Under the pieces are notes generated by a model, which worked only from the letters and a program-made list of their open reading frames with translations, did no database searches and was not told the origin of the DNA. A DNA stretch of 27,860 nt, taken from Oopsacas minuta (Eukaryota > Animalia > Porifera). Location: assembly GCA_024704765.1 (NCBI GenBank), contig JAKMXF010000068.1, positions 1 to 27,860 on the forward strand, in the 5' to 3' direction. A program made the translations under genes and the position numbers. This document shows, in pieces, positions 1 through 10,135 of the stretch; positions within the stretch are counted from its first letter, which is position 1, and every line of letters begins with the position of its first letter.

Positions 1-260
1 AGTTTAGTATTCTTTTTAATATTATTACTTTTAACTGATTAATTGTTTTGACAATGATAAATGTATTTCATACGGAGTAGCTATAATGATAAAATTATAT
101 TTCCTAAATTTTCGGTTTTGCTGTTAATAATTACATTCAAAAACTACAAATTTCAATAATTCAAATTTACACTTGGAAGCATAAAAGGTTGGATGTCACC
201 ACTGAAACACCATGCCACTATTATTGTGAAGAAATTTATGTATAGTATATCTTCACTATT

Positions 261-407
261 TTGATACTTATCACGCCAAATTTAACATTTGGTATCGCAA
301 TACTAGAGCCAATTCGGATAAGCCGATGCCATTTTCAGATTCCCCGCGTTAAATATACCTAGAAACGGATCTAATATCTTAGGCAACAAATTGTTTGTTG
401 ACTAGTG
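261..407 (+). mobile_element. 3' (right) terminus of a Chapaev3-like (CMC) DNA transposon
   Basis: Ends ...tttgttgactagtg followed by TAA. The reverse complement CACTAGTCAACAAA begins with CAC, and TAA fits a 3-bp TWA target, both typical of Chapaev3. It matches the putative left TIR at 20347 (cagaggtcaacaaa) at 11/14. The inner boundary is approximate. Confidence 0.45.
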
Positions 408-537
408 TAATTCAAGAACTACTGTGTTTTGATGCAAAATAATTATTGCAGAAATCAGCCTAATAGAAATTACGTCACCAAAAATTGAGATTGAATGTAT
501 AATACGTACATAGCATTCTATATACTAAGGCAATGGC

Positions 538-1363
538 ACTCTATCGAAATTTTGGACCATGGATTGTCATTACCATCGGACTACTTTACATCATAACTGT
601 AATATCGTCAAACCTGCTTAACGGTCACCTGCACATAGCTGCCACCTAAAACAGTCCCCTCCGATTTCCCAGTATCATGACCTCTCTATAGCAGCCACCA
701 TTTTTGGTCCCTTACTGGCGCTAAACCTGTCTATAACGGCTACTACCTCTGTACAACAGCCAGTTCCTTTATCTAATGACCACTGTAGATAGTCGTCGCC
801 TCTCATAAGATCTACATTTGGCAAAGTCCCTTGGGTGGCCATCATTAACTATTTCCACTATATTATCGATCACTTGTCTTAAAGGCCAACTTCTCTATAT
901 CACCACTATTAACATATAGTTACTACACACTAGTGTATAGCGGTCAACCTCTCTATTGTGGCGACCTGTATATAGCGCCCACTTTTGGTCAGTCCCTTCG
1001 GTGGTCGTTATAGACAAGTTTGTCTGTAATTGGCGAACCGGTTTTCGATCGTATTAGTTAATGATATTGCTTCTAATTGATGATTATGAGTATTTTGCTC
1101 ATTGATTAAACTGTAGTGAAGGAATTTACATATTGTATTTGTTTAGGATTGCTCCTGGATGTTGTATGTGTAATGGGTAATCCTGTCAAAATTCATGCTC
1201 TACCATCTTCTTAGCCAGTTCAGCATACTCTCATCCACTCACAGCCCTCAGATTCTTCTACAATATATACCTACTTCATGGGATTCTGATCGGAATTGTT
1301 AAGGATATTGCTTATAATTGATGTCGGCCATAATTGACCCGCTCCCATCGTTAGCCAGGACCA
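538..1363 (+). repeat. Copy A of a diverged duplicated segment (partner 18572-18880), interrupted by a MITE
   Basis: Colinear blocks shared with 18572-18880 include atcgtattagttaatgatatt/atcgaatcagtaaatgatatt, aggattgctcctggatgttgt/aggcttgctcctctatgttgt, gatcggaattgttaaggatattgcttataattgatgtcggc/gatcgaatttgttaagaatattggctataattgatgtctgc and ccaggacca. Confidence 0.6.
605..1026. mobile_element. Tc1/pogo(Tigger)-type MITE
   Basis: Flanked by TA (603-604, 1027-1028). Degenerate TIRs tcgtcaaacctgcttaacggtcacc versus reverse-complemented cagacaaacttgtctataacgaccacc. Several internal variants of the acctgtctataacggccacc subrepeat. No coding capacity. Confidence 0.75.
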
Positions 1364-1687
1364 ATCAAGGTCGGCTGTAGTTGGTAATGAACATTTACAG
1401 CGTTAAAGTAACATGCCTTGGAGGTAAATTTGGATATTAGAAATTTGCATAATATTTCTCGTAATTTTTATCGATATTTAACCAAAAAATTATGCAGAAA
1501 TGTAACAGTTTGGCATTCTCAATTTCGGAGCTGCCCTATCGAGTACCACTCGTCAATTTGAAACTAATTAGATTATTTGCAACATTCTATTTGGTCAGTC
1601 TATGTATATTAGACAGCATATTGATATATTTATATTAATCAGAAATGTATTGTCTTAATTCTAATATTCATGTAATTCTCCATCAGA

Positions 1688-4037
1688 TTAGACATCGACA
1701 CCAGACAAAGACATGTTCGTACATACACCCCAGTATTCTCCACACCAAGTAGAACAATCTCTGCCGTTCTTCCGACAACTGCAGCGCATTGTATTACATT
1801 CTGTCTTGCAATGACACCTGATAATTTCCAGGAGTGCCTGTGATGTGGATGCGAGATTCGTATGAATTGGTACGAATTTCCCTTCATTGCTCGTCCACCC
1901 CCTGTTTTCTGGATTCAAATATGTATTTGTTGATTTCCATTCTTGGACATGAACATAGACTCGTTGGATATGATATTGAGCGGCTGCAGATGTGGGGGGG
2001 ATGTTATGAGACTGTATGATGTTTAAGAAAGTATCATCAGGGTTACTTTATCACAAAAACGTTTGAGCCTCGCTTGCTGTAATGCTCCCATCTTTTGTAG
2101 CATTCTGACGACCGAAAACTTCGCCCTGTTGGCGGAAATAGACACTGATTTGAAATCATGACAAAAAGTTGTGCCTTTTCAAATCTAAAAAACCCGAGAT
2201 GTCGTATCACACCCCAGTATAGCATGTACCAATAACAAGTTGTCACATTCCTCATTACCAAGAATTGCCCTAGTTTCATTCACATGCCAACACCTAGGCG
2301 TTTTCTTAGTACCATGCTTTGGTTCAGGCTTAAAAATATGTTAAATGAAGTCTCCGTATATGGTAGCAGAGGAGCACTAGAAGATCTGTATTATCCCCAC
2401 AATAATAGTGTCACATCTTGCTGCTGAGATAATTGTTGTTTGCACTATCAGGAGATCTGCATCTGCTTTACCATGATGTGCCTCACATCGAACCAATTCC
2501 AGCCACTCACTTAGCATAATTATGAAACGTTGCTTGTTTTCTTTATTAAAAGTAACTCCTCCTTCTTTATCTTAACTATCATATCAGCGGTGCAATGAAC
2601 ACTTGCTCTAGTACATTCTGCACCTCGTCTGAAATGTGTGCAGTCTTTGTAGATCCATCAAATATTATTATGGCTTTGCCATACCTCCGTATTACATGCT
2701 GTATATAGTACCTAAAGATGTTTTCCCATGTCTCGCCGCGTTGCTATACTATGCGGGCAAAGTGCACCACCATCTAAGACATACTGGATATTACCTGATG
2801 TTCCAGCAAATTGGTCGGAATTAGTGACCACAATGAATCTACCAAAGTACTTTTGTTGGCGCCTCAGTATATATCTGCACTCAATCAGTGCTGGCGGGTA
2901 TATACAGAGCTCAAAATGGAAGATCTCAGACAGGTCATTGTTTCGGGTTCCCATCGTAACAAGCCTCTGAAATAAGAGTTGCGGATCCCCTTGTACTACC
3001 TCATCTCGGATTTTGACTCTGACTGTATGTCCAGTGTTACTATTTGATCCTTCTTTTTCAAAGAATGTTATGCAACCTTTTTCCTTCCATTGATTTCAGG
3101 ATCGTCATAGCTACATCCTATGCTTTATGAGCATTTACTGCATTGTTAGCTGTCATCCCAGTTGAAATACTGCACAGGGTAATATTTTTAGGATTGAATG
3201 TGTTCTTTGAATCTAGAAAATTGAGCAGTTCTTGTAGATCAGAAATGTCCTTAGACTTTCTCGCTCTCGTCACTTCTATATGTTGTTCACTGGTTCTGTA
3301 TGTCATAGAAGCAAAGTCTTACATCGCATTGTTTACCTCTGCACAGGCTGGGGTAAAGAGTATCCACACCAAACGTTGTGTTTCTGTCATGCCGCGAACT
3401 CTAGTTAGGCCTCCAGTAGTTTAATAATACGCATAAGAACTTGTTCAACAACTAGATCTGGAGACAAATCTGCCGAGGATCGATCTGTTCGACGTAAACA
3501 TGAAGCCCATCAGAAAATGCCTATACACTTCAGGATGTTTCTCCTGAAGTTTCACCATTGTTGTAAGTAGATGTAAACGGACTTGCCATACAAATTTTGT
3601 ATCATACATGCTATGGAAGTGTAGCTTCCTGTTACCCGTACGTTCAGCCTTCAAGAAGGTCCTTAAAATATCAATCATATTCATACATGTACTGGAACCA
3701 CAAAGTACATGTGGGAAGATTCTAGAGTGATTTCTTTTTAGCTTGTATTTCTTGACACTCTGGCCAGAACGCCGTCCAATGCTTCATTGGTGGCTGATAT
3801 TTCACTAATCATGAGTTTATTATATAGTGTGGCTATTTCTTGGAGGTTCACATCATTCGTCACATTTCCCGAGGTCTCTTTTATGGTGTTGTAGATTAAA
3901 GATTCTGATTCCAGTTCAGTTTCTTCGGTGTCAGTTCCAAATGGCCTTGCTGACAACATGATATTAAGAGCCCTGTCTACAAGGAAGTGGCCTCGTACAG
4001 CGCTTGAAACAGCCTTACCACTTAGAATATGAGTCAC
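1688..4037 (-). mobile_element. Decayed Academ (AcademX-type) transposase: DDE core, XPG/PIN-like nuclease and Cys8 zinc finger
   Basis: Minus-strand fragments in order: SGKAVSSAVRGHFLV; AERTGN; PDLVVEQVLMR..TTGGLTRVRGMTETQR; YVLDGGAL; ADADLLIV..TDLLVLLCYH; LLLVHAILGCDTTSRVF (H3TH GCD motif); IPPTSAAAQYHIQRVY; RCHCKTECNTMRCSCRKNGRDCSTWCGE. Multiple stops and frameshifts. The 5' part is missing and the termini are not defined. Confidence 0.85.
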
Positions 4038-4513
4038 AGTTTATTGTGTTATTTCGTAATTGCTCAATTAAGGAATCAATAGTTTATATTATTTCGTAAT
4101 TGAACAATAAGAGTGTCTAGACTCTAGAGTGTGGATAATATATATTGAATATGTTCTCAACTATGAATACAAAGAGTCGAGTACTCTATTAATTCAATAA
4201 ATTCTAATAATTGCTAATACGTGATCTGACCCCAAATTATTCTTAACAGTATTCAATGTCATAGTATTCCGAGCGTCCCACTAAGAATCCCAAGCTTTCC
4301 CAGCCGCTATTAAAACATTTTTTCCGGCACAAACATCGCTCACTTCTCCAGACAGTGGTCCCGATTCTCAGTCCGTTGGGTCCTAAATGAATTTCTTCCC
4401 CTCTCCCAGCATGAATCTACAGAAACTGAGCATACTACACCCCAACCTCTGATCCAATTCGGACGTTACCTTAACCCATATCTAAAAGCTAGGAAACACA
4501 TTGCCTTGGTAAT

Positions 4514-6607
4514 CAGAAGTTCAATAAGGCTTGGCTTACCGAAATGCTATGGGTATGTTACGATGAGAGTTTGGAATTGTGCTGGTCCTCAGTTTGTGTC
4601 TGGGGTTTGAATGCTGACATGTTACCAGCGAATGAGAATAAATACAAGTTTGCTTTGAACAGTTTTGTCACTGAATGCAATAATTGGCACTGTGGTAAGT
4701 CGAAGCATATGAGGCATAGGGTAGCTGATGCTGGCGTGATTAAGCATAATGTGCATCATTACTTCGAAAGTATCAAGGCTGCTCACGAGAACCAACTCAT
4801 GATTAAGGGCCAGGTCAGCAGCCGTCCGGAAGAAACGAGATCAGAGGACACAAGATTGGTCTGGATGCTATTATTTCTAGTATACAACTCTTAGCTAGAG
4901 AAGGCATGCCCCTACGAGGACATGTGATGAAAAAATACAGCAAACATCTGGCAAGAGGTTAAACTTATTTCAGGTTTCAACGAGGATGTCAAATCCTACA
5001 TAAATAGCTCTGGATACAAGTTTATGTCTGTACCAATACAGAATGAACTTTTCGAGATGCTAGGTGACAGTGTGTAATTATTAAGAAAATCAAGAAGCCA
5101 TGTTGGTTTACTTGTATCATGGACGAGACTCAAGACATCTCAACCCTTGGGCAAGTTTGCATCTGTATTAGATATATCGGCGAGTCAGATATTAGTGCAC
5201 CGGAAGATTTCGTAAGATTTCATGACATTATTGGTACAACAGTTGTAGAGCTCTACGATATGCTTATCAAGACGATAAATAACCTTTTCTTGACATGCAG
5301 AATTGTCGAGGTCAGGCTTACGATGGAGCCGAAAATGTCTCTGGTCATGTTTCTGGTTTACAGACATTAGTTAGGAGTCAATATCCGAAAGTCCTGTATT
5401 CCCACTGCGCAGGTCATAATCTCAATTTGGCGCTGAACGATGTTGCAAAGGAAGTTCGCCGGTGTGACCATATCGTGACTCTCATGGGTAAAATTGAGGT
5501 ATATTTGAAGAATTCAGCAAAAAGAAAGGTATATTTCGATCAGATACGAGTTGCGAACTCAGAAGACGGTAAAATTAGCAGCTCTAATGTGCGTCCCATT
5601 TGCCCAACGAGATGCATTCTAAGATTCCCAGAAGTAAATGCAATTGTAGAGAATTAGGAGGATCTTCTTGACTTCCTTAGCATCTCTAATGACAATGAAA
5701 ACAAGGTTCAGGGGTATGTTCGAGAACTTCAACGCTTTGAAGTCTATTTCGGGTACGCATCCTGCATCGTATCTTTGTTCAAGTACACCCAGTTCACAAG
5801 GCAATCCAATTAGAATCAATGTCATTGGGGGAGTGTTCAAGCATAGTAACTGTACTTACAGCTGCATTGAGAATAGACGGAGAATCTGTAGATATTTTCA
5901 CTGTGTTCATAACCATCTGCAAGACTTCAGCATTGAGTATGGTTATTGAATTGCCTGCAGCCCATCGAGATCTCGCGAAAAGGGTGAATAGAGGAAACAG
6001 GGTTGACTGGGAATTGATGATGAAGTTGTTGACAACTATTACCATGGCATTTGAACAAAGATGTATAACTCTCTTGTATTATCGCTGACAAAGTGTTTTC
6101 AAGGAAAGGCAATTAACATTTCACTGGATTTTCAAGACATCCTATCTAATATTGGTGAAGATGCTAATTTTGAATTCCCAAGCTCACTCATGGAGCTCTA
6201 CACCTCGGATCTTAATTGGAAGTTTTTGAAGATAAAGACGATACAATGGAATCGTGTTGGTTATATATCCAACCCTACCAAACAAACGACTAATCTGAAG
6301 TCCCCCACAAGTATCTTTCTGAAAACTCTGATCATCGTCTCATGTGGGCCAACTTGGTATCTTTCCTCAAGCTTTACCTTCTTCTTCCTTGTACGTCATG
6401 TTCCGCCGAACGAGGATTTTGCTGCTTAAGACGTATAAAAACGTATCTTCGCAGCACTATGAAGGAAGATAGATAGAATGCATGCGCTTTATGCAACATG
6501 CATTGGACCAACTTGATCTTGACACATTCACTGACGAATGGATTAATAGAATTGAGTCCAGGATGGATAGATTTATGCTCAGTAAAGATTGTTTGAAAAA
6601 TTATTAA
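4514..6607 (+). pseudogene. Decayed hAT transposase (ZMYM1/THAP12-like: TTF zinc finger, DUF4371-type core, C-terminal dimerisation domain)
   Basis: QKFNKAWLTEMLWVCY (TTF-type ZnF); MDETQDIS (first Asp); CRGQAYDGA (second Asp); HCAGHNLNL (CxxH); PICPTRC (PTRW-like); LPCTSCSAERGFCCLRRIKTYLRSTM (catalytic Glu and dimerisation motif). Broken by several frameshifts and stops. Confidence 0.9.
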
Positions 6608-7329
6608 ATCATATAAATAACTAATTACTCACATTACATTCATTACAACTACATAAATACAAATGTTTTAATCGGTTAGAAGTGTTAAGCATTACAATCT
6701 TGTACCAAATATTTATTTGCAGTACTTTGAGTATGCTAGGAAATTGGAATATTAAAATACCTTTCAAGTGAGAATAATTTTTTCAAAGAAACTGAGGCGG
6801 CCTCTTTCTCGGTTTATTTCGGACTCAAATGTGTCCCAGGATTAGAATATTTCCGAAGGCTTTAAATTTGGTGAAATTCATGTCTTACTTAATGCACAGC
6901 CGTGTGTACCACCAAATAGGCTAAAATTGATGGCCATTAGTTTGTTAAATTCGGACTAACAAACGCTCTTACCATTTGATATGGATTTGTCAATTATATC
7001 TACTTTCTAGGAGTTTCAGTATTTGAAGAACATGTTAAGATATCTTTGCAATTTCTCACGGCAATTCTTCTTTGTTTATACTCTTTTAAATGATTGTTTA
7101 TTAACTTAATGGTTTGTCTAATTTTCATCAAGAATATGCTGCAATAATATTTACCTTTGTAGCTAGCATCTACTAGACTGATTCCGATATAATAATCCGT
7201 TTGTTTCCATCAGTCTTTGAATTTCAGAAATAGTCTTCAATTTTTGAAATTTTGGCAACTTTTCTAAAACTTTTCTAATTCCACCTAGAAAATTTGAATT
7301 TATACGGAAGCTATGGGACCATCCAATGA

Positions 7330-7612
7330 CATGGGCGCCGAAGACCAAAGGGCGGAAGGAGTCTGCCCCCTTGTGATTTCCTTATAATTACTTTATATAT
7401 TGTAGTGTAACGATATATGTCACTAGCGTATTAAATAGCTCCAATTAAACGGTTAAAGAATGTGTGGTCTCGATGTGACCTTATTAATCTGAGTCAAAAT
7501 GTATGTAGTTGTATAATTGTATACTATATTGTTTGCTTTTATAAAGAGAATTATTAGCCACACAATAACATGCTCCCGCTCCCTTGGGAATTATTCTAGT
7601 TCGGCGCCTATG
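7330..7612. mobile_element. hAT-type MITE
   Basis: TIRs catgggcgccgaa (7330-7342) and reverse-complemented cataggcgccgaa (7600-7612) match 12/13. GC-rich subtermini. The 8-bp flanks match only 4/8, so the insertion is old. Confidence 0.65.
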
Positions 7613-8115
7613 AACCTTGATTCTAATAAATATTATCTTAGCAGTGCTCTTAATTTGGGGTTGAAGTTTATCGTGTGATGAATAGAAGTTGGACTGCGAC
7701 ACTTTCGTCGGACGAATCACTACTGTATTCTACCTCTTTCACTCTTCTGACTAATTCTTAGGATTCACGACGTAACACTTTTCCACCAATGCAAATCGCT
7801 CAAAGGCAAGGCATATCGAACTTTGTGGGGACCTCTACCTGTGTGATGTATATGGTCCAATCCTATTAGCAAGAACGGAACCAAATCGTGTAATTATGGC
7901 TTGTAATGGTAATATTTGGCACATTATTACAGTGGAATCGTGTGAGTTGAGAGACCTGGTTTTAGTTGTTTATTGATATCGCATATGTATAATTAATAAT
8001 CCCTCGTTCCTCAGCGATGAACCAACTACTGTTTGAGGTTTGAGGGCCCTAGCCAATTTAGATTTGGAATAAAACCAATTGAAACATTTCGAATTATAGG
8101 AAACCTTAAGAGGTG

Positions 8116-8255
8116 CAGGTCTCTCAACCTTTGAGGTTCCCAAATCGTGAGAGCTTTACTATCTCACCGTGAGATAGTAAGAAGGCTGTCGTGAGACCAT
8201 GAGGTTTTCTCAAACCGTGAGTCTTACGACAAAATAGTGAGACTTAAGAGGCCTG
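8116..8255. mobile_element. Small hAT-type MITE with (C)GTGAG subterminal repeats
   Basis: TIRs caggtctctcaa and reverse-complemented caggcctcttaa. Several gtgag motifs. Perfect internal 12-bp-arm hairpin ttactatctcac-c-gtgagatagtaa (8156-8180). The TSD is imperfect. Confidence 0.6.
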
Positions 8256-8696
8256 CCTGAGGTGTCATCATGTATGTACAAGCACATAACTACTCTAGAT
8301 GGATAAGCAATTTAGAAATGCAAACAAAGTTATACGTATTACCATAATAAAGTTGTCAAATCGTCGAGTGTATTACTAACTACCTTGACCTATTTGATGC
8401 TAACCATACCGACTTTGAGCTCCCTCATTCATTTAGAGGTCTCCGTACTTTCAAAATTTTGTTATTGTAGGGGGATTCTGCATTGTTTAAGGGTAGGGGA
8501 TTACACATACAGTCATATATTATGTATTAGGTATCATATCTATGAGTTACTAAACAATAGACAATATACTACTTAGCTATAAACTATCAGCAATCCGAGC
8601 AAATTTTTAGTGAAATATTCCTTGAAATTGGATTATACCGATACATCAACTTGTGAACTCTGTTTTGTAAATACCAGATTGTAATATCTATAATAA

Positions 8697-9093
8697 CGAG
8701 CTTGTGGCTCGTCGCTTCGCGATGAACTCGGCGCATTGCGCCTCGAGGTTTCCATTATTCTCCAAATTGACAGCCCCTTTGAGTAATGTAATATAGATAT
8801 ATTTAGAACCGTTTAGTTCACAAATATACCTGGCATATATGTTATTGAATTATTTTGTAACATCTACCCCTTTGTAGCCGTTGAGGGCAAGTACCTACGT
8901 AAATTTTGAAATTTGGCTCGTTTGTTTACTTTATATTCACAAAAACAACAATAGATTTACATATGATTATTCCAAAAAGTGTGAGAATCGGATTCAGCAT
9001 GTTCGATATATTTAGTGAAGTTCTATTGAATTATATGTACTTCCTTGATAACGGACAAACTAACAAACAATTATTGAGATTTAATAGTATAGA
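8697..9093 (-). mobile_element. Non-autonomous Helitron, copy 1
   Basis: On the minus strand it starts A|TCTATACTATTAAA...tgtttgttagtttgt and ends with GC-rich hairpins and ...aagCTCG|T, in an AT target. The 8921-9051 core matches 22032-22159 in inverted orientation, roughly 90% by eye. Confidence 0.7.
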
Positions 9094-9335
9094 TTGTACC
9101 TGCTTATACATGGGACTGTAATTCTAATTGTACACATATGGTTAGTAGTATAAGTTGAATTTAAAAAACTGCATCATACTTGGAACAATTATAACATATA
9201 ATGAAAATGAGAATATACATAACGGCAGAGCTATAATTCATAGGTTGTTTCATACTAAACTTCCAGCAGCCTAGGTTGCTGTTTAGTAATCCCCAATACG
9301 GTATATCAATTTCACATCGGTTAAAGTATTAACAT

Positions 9336-9354
9336 CTGTCTCTTATACACATCT
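9336..9354 (+). other. Tn5 mosaic end / Nextera adapter CTGTCTCTTATACACATCT (library artefact)
   Basis: Exact 19/19 match to the synthetic Tn5 mosaic end, ending 9 bp before the N at 9363. Confidence 0.95.
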
Positions 9355-9362
9355 CTAAAAGC

Positions 9363-9363
9363 N
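9363..9363. other. Single-N scaffold gap
   Basis: The N lies between an adapter-bearing contig end and a mariner terminal fragment. Confidence 0.85.
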
Positions 9364-9527
9364 ATCGTAAATGATGCTAAAAGAATACCTAAACCAAACT
9401 TTTTGATTACAAAAGTTAGGATAATTGAGATAAGGGATATTACAATTAATCGAAACAATAGGCTAATTGATTGAGTGTATATAACACAAACTAGGGATAA
9501 ATTCCGCGAACTTTTTGGACAACCTAG
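9364..9527 (-). mobile_element. 5' terminus of the mariner family seen at 27392-27860
   Basis: 9500-9527 reverse-complemented is ctaggttgtccaaaaagttcgcggaatt, 27/28 identical to the TIR at 27392-27419, followed by TA (9528-9529). The internal sequence differs from the 3' end, so this is the other end. Confidence 0.8.
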
Positions 9528-9529
9528 TA

Positions 9530-9928
9530 CATAGTGGTCACCCCTTTAGAATGTGAACACTTAATTTGTTCCCAAATGTCTAAATTGCATAGGATATGAC
9601 CTCTTAAAAAGTGAACACCGGTTTTTCTGCCAGATTTTTAACCAGGCTGTCAGCTTTGTTATCACACTAGTTGTGAAAAGCAGGGATGTTTGATGATGTG
9701 GCTTCACAATATACTAGAGGCTTCCCTATATTTTGGGCAGAAGAGACAACATATTTGCCTGTACAATGCTTTCACACATTTGTGTAAACATGGAGGTCCT
9801 ATAAATAACATTTTCAGAAATCTGTGGTCAATGTCAGTTGAATGGTTCCGGTCATAAAATGTGAACACCTCTCAAAAGTGAACCTTTTGGCTGGTCCGCA
9901 GGGTGTTCACCTTTTGGAGGCTTTAGTG
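9530..9928. mobile_element. Right-hand part of a CAGT-TIR, TA-target MITE (left part at 27316-27389)
   Basis: The right TIR reverse-complemented (cactaaagcctccaaaaggtgaacacc) matches 27316-27342 at 22/27. TA at 9929-9930. Repeated cctc..aaaa(g/t)gtgaacac subunits. There is no proper left TIR; the fragment starts directly at the mariner TA. Confidence 0.75.
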
Positions 9929-10034
9929 TACTTCGAATCAACTACAATGCACTTCTTATTTATCCCTGGTCCAGAAATAATATTAGTTTCCAGGCCTTAT
10001 ATTACGCGTAGTTCACGAACTACATTATTTATAC

Positions 10035-10044
10035 TTTATTTATT
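10035..10044 (-). promoter_or_regulatory. Candidate polyadenylation signals (two overlapping AATAAA) for the POT-family gene
   Basis: tttatt at 10035-10040 and 10039-10044 on the plus strand, about 95 nt past the stop codon. The AT-rich context makes a chance occurrence plausible. Confidence 0.35.
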
Positions 10045-10135
10045 ATAGTAATGTATTGTATAATAGAGCATAGAGTATAGAAGTTATCAATCGAACAATA
10101 AAAATATAAACTTAGGTACTTTATAATTTATATCA

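Noticed and set aside
4049-4111. 40-bp-period duplication of ttatttcgtaattg
   Set aside because: Two short imperfect copies in AT-rich DNA at a TE boundary; no further structure.
7613-7975. Hydrophobic multi-stop frame as a third copy of the duplicated segment or a membrane-protein pseudogene
   Set aside because: The similarity is limited to a few residues, part of the apparent frame is a MITE end, and there are stops in every frame.
8697-8750. Bacterial REP element or rho-independent terminator (GC-rich palindromes here and at 22260-22291)
   Set aside because: Better explained as Helitron 3' hairpins, given the shared core and the TC...CTCG termini.
9336-9354. Horizontal transfer of bacterial Tn5/IS50
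   Set aside because: The sequence is the engineered mosaic end, not a natural outside or inside end. It has no transposase or partner end and sits beside an N gap.
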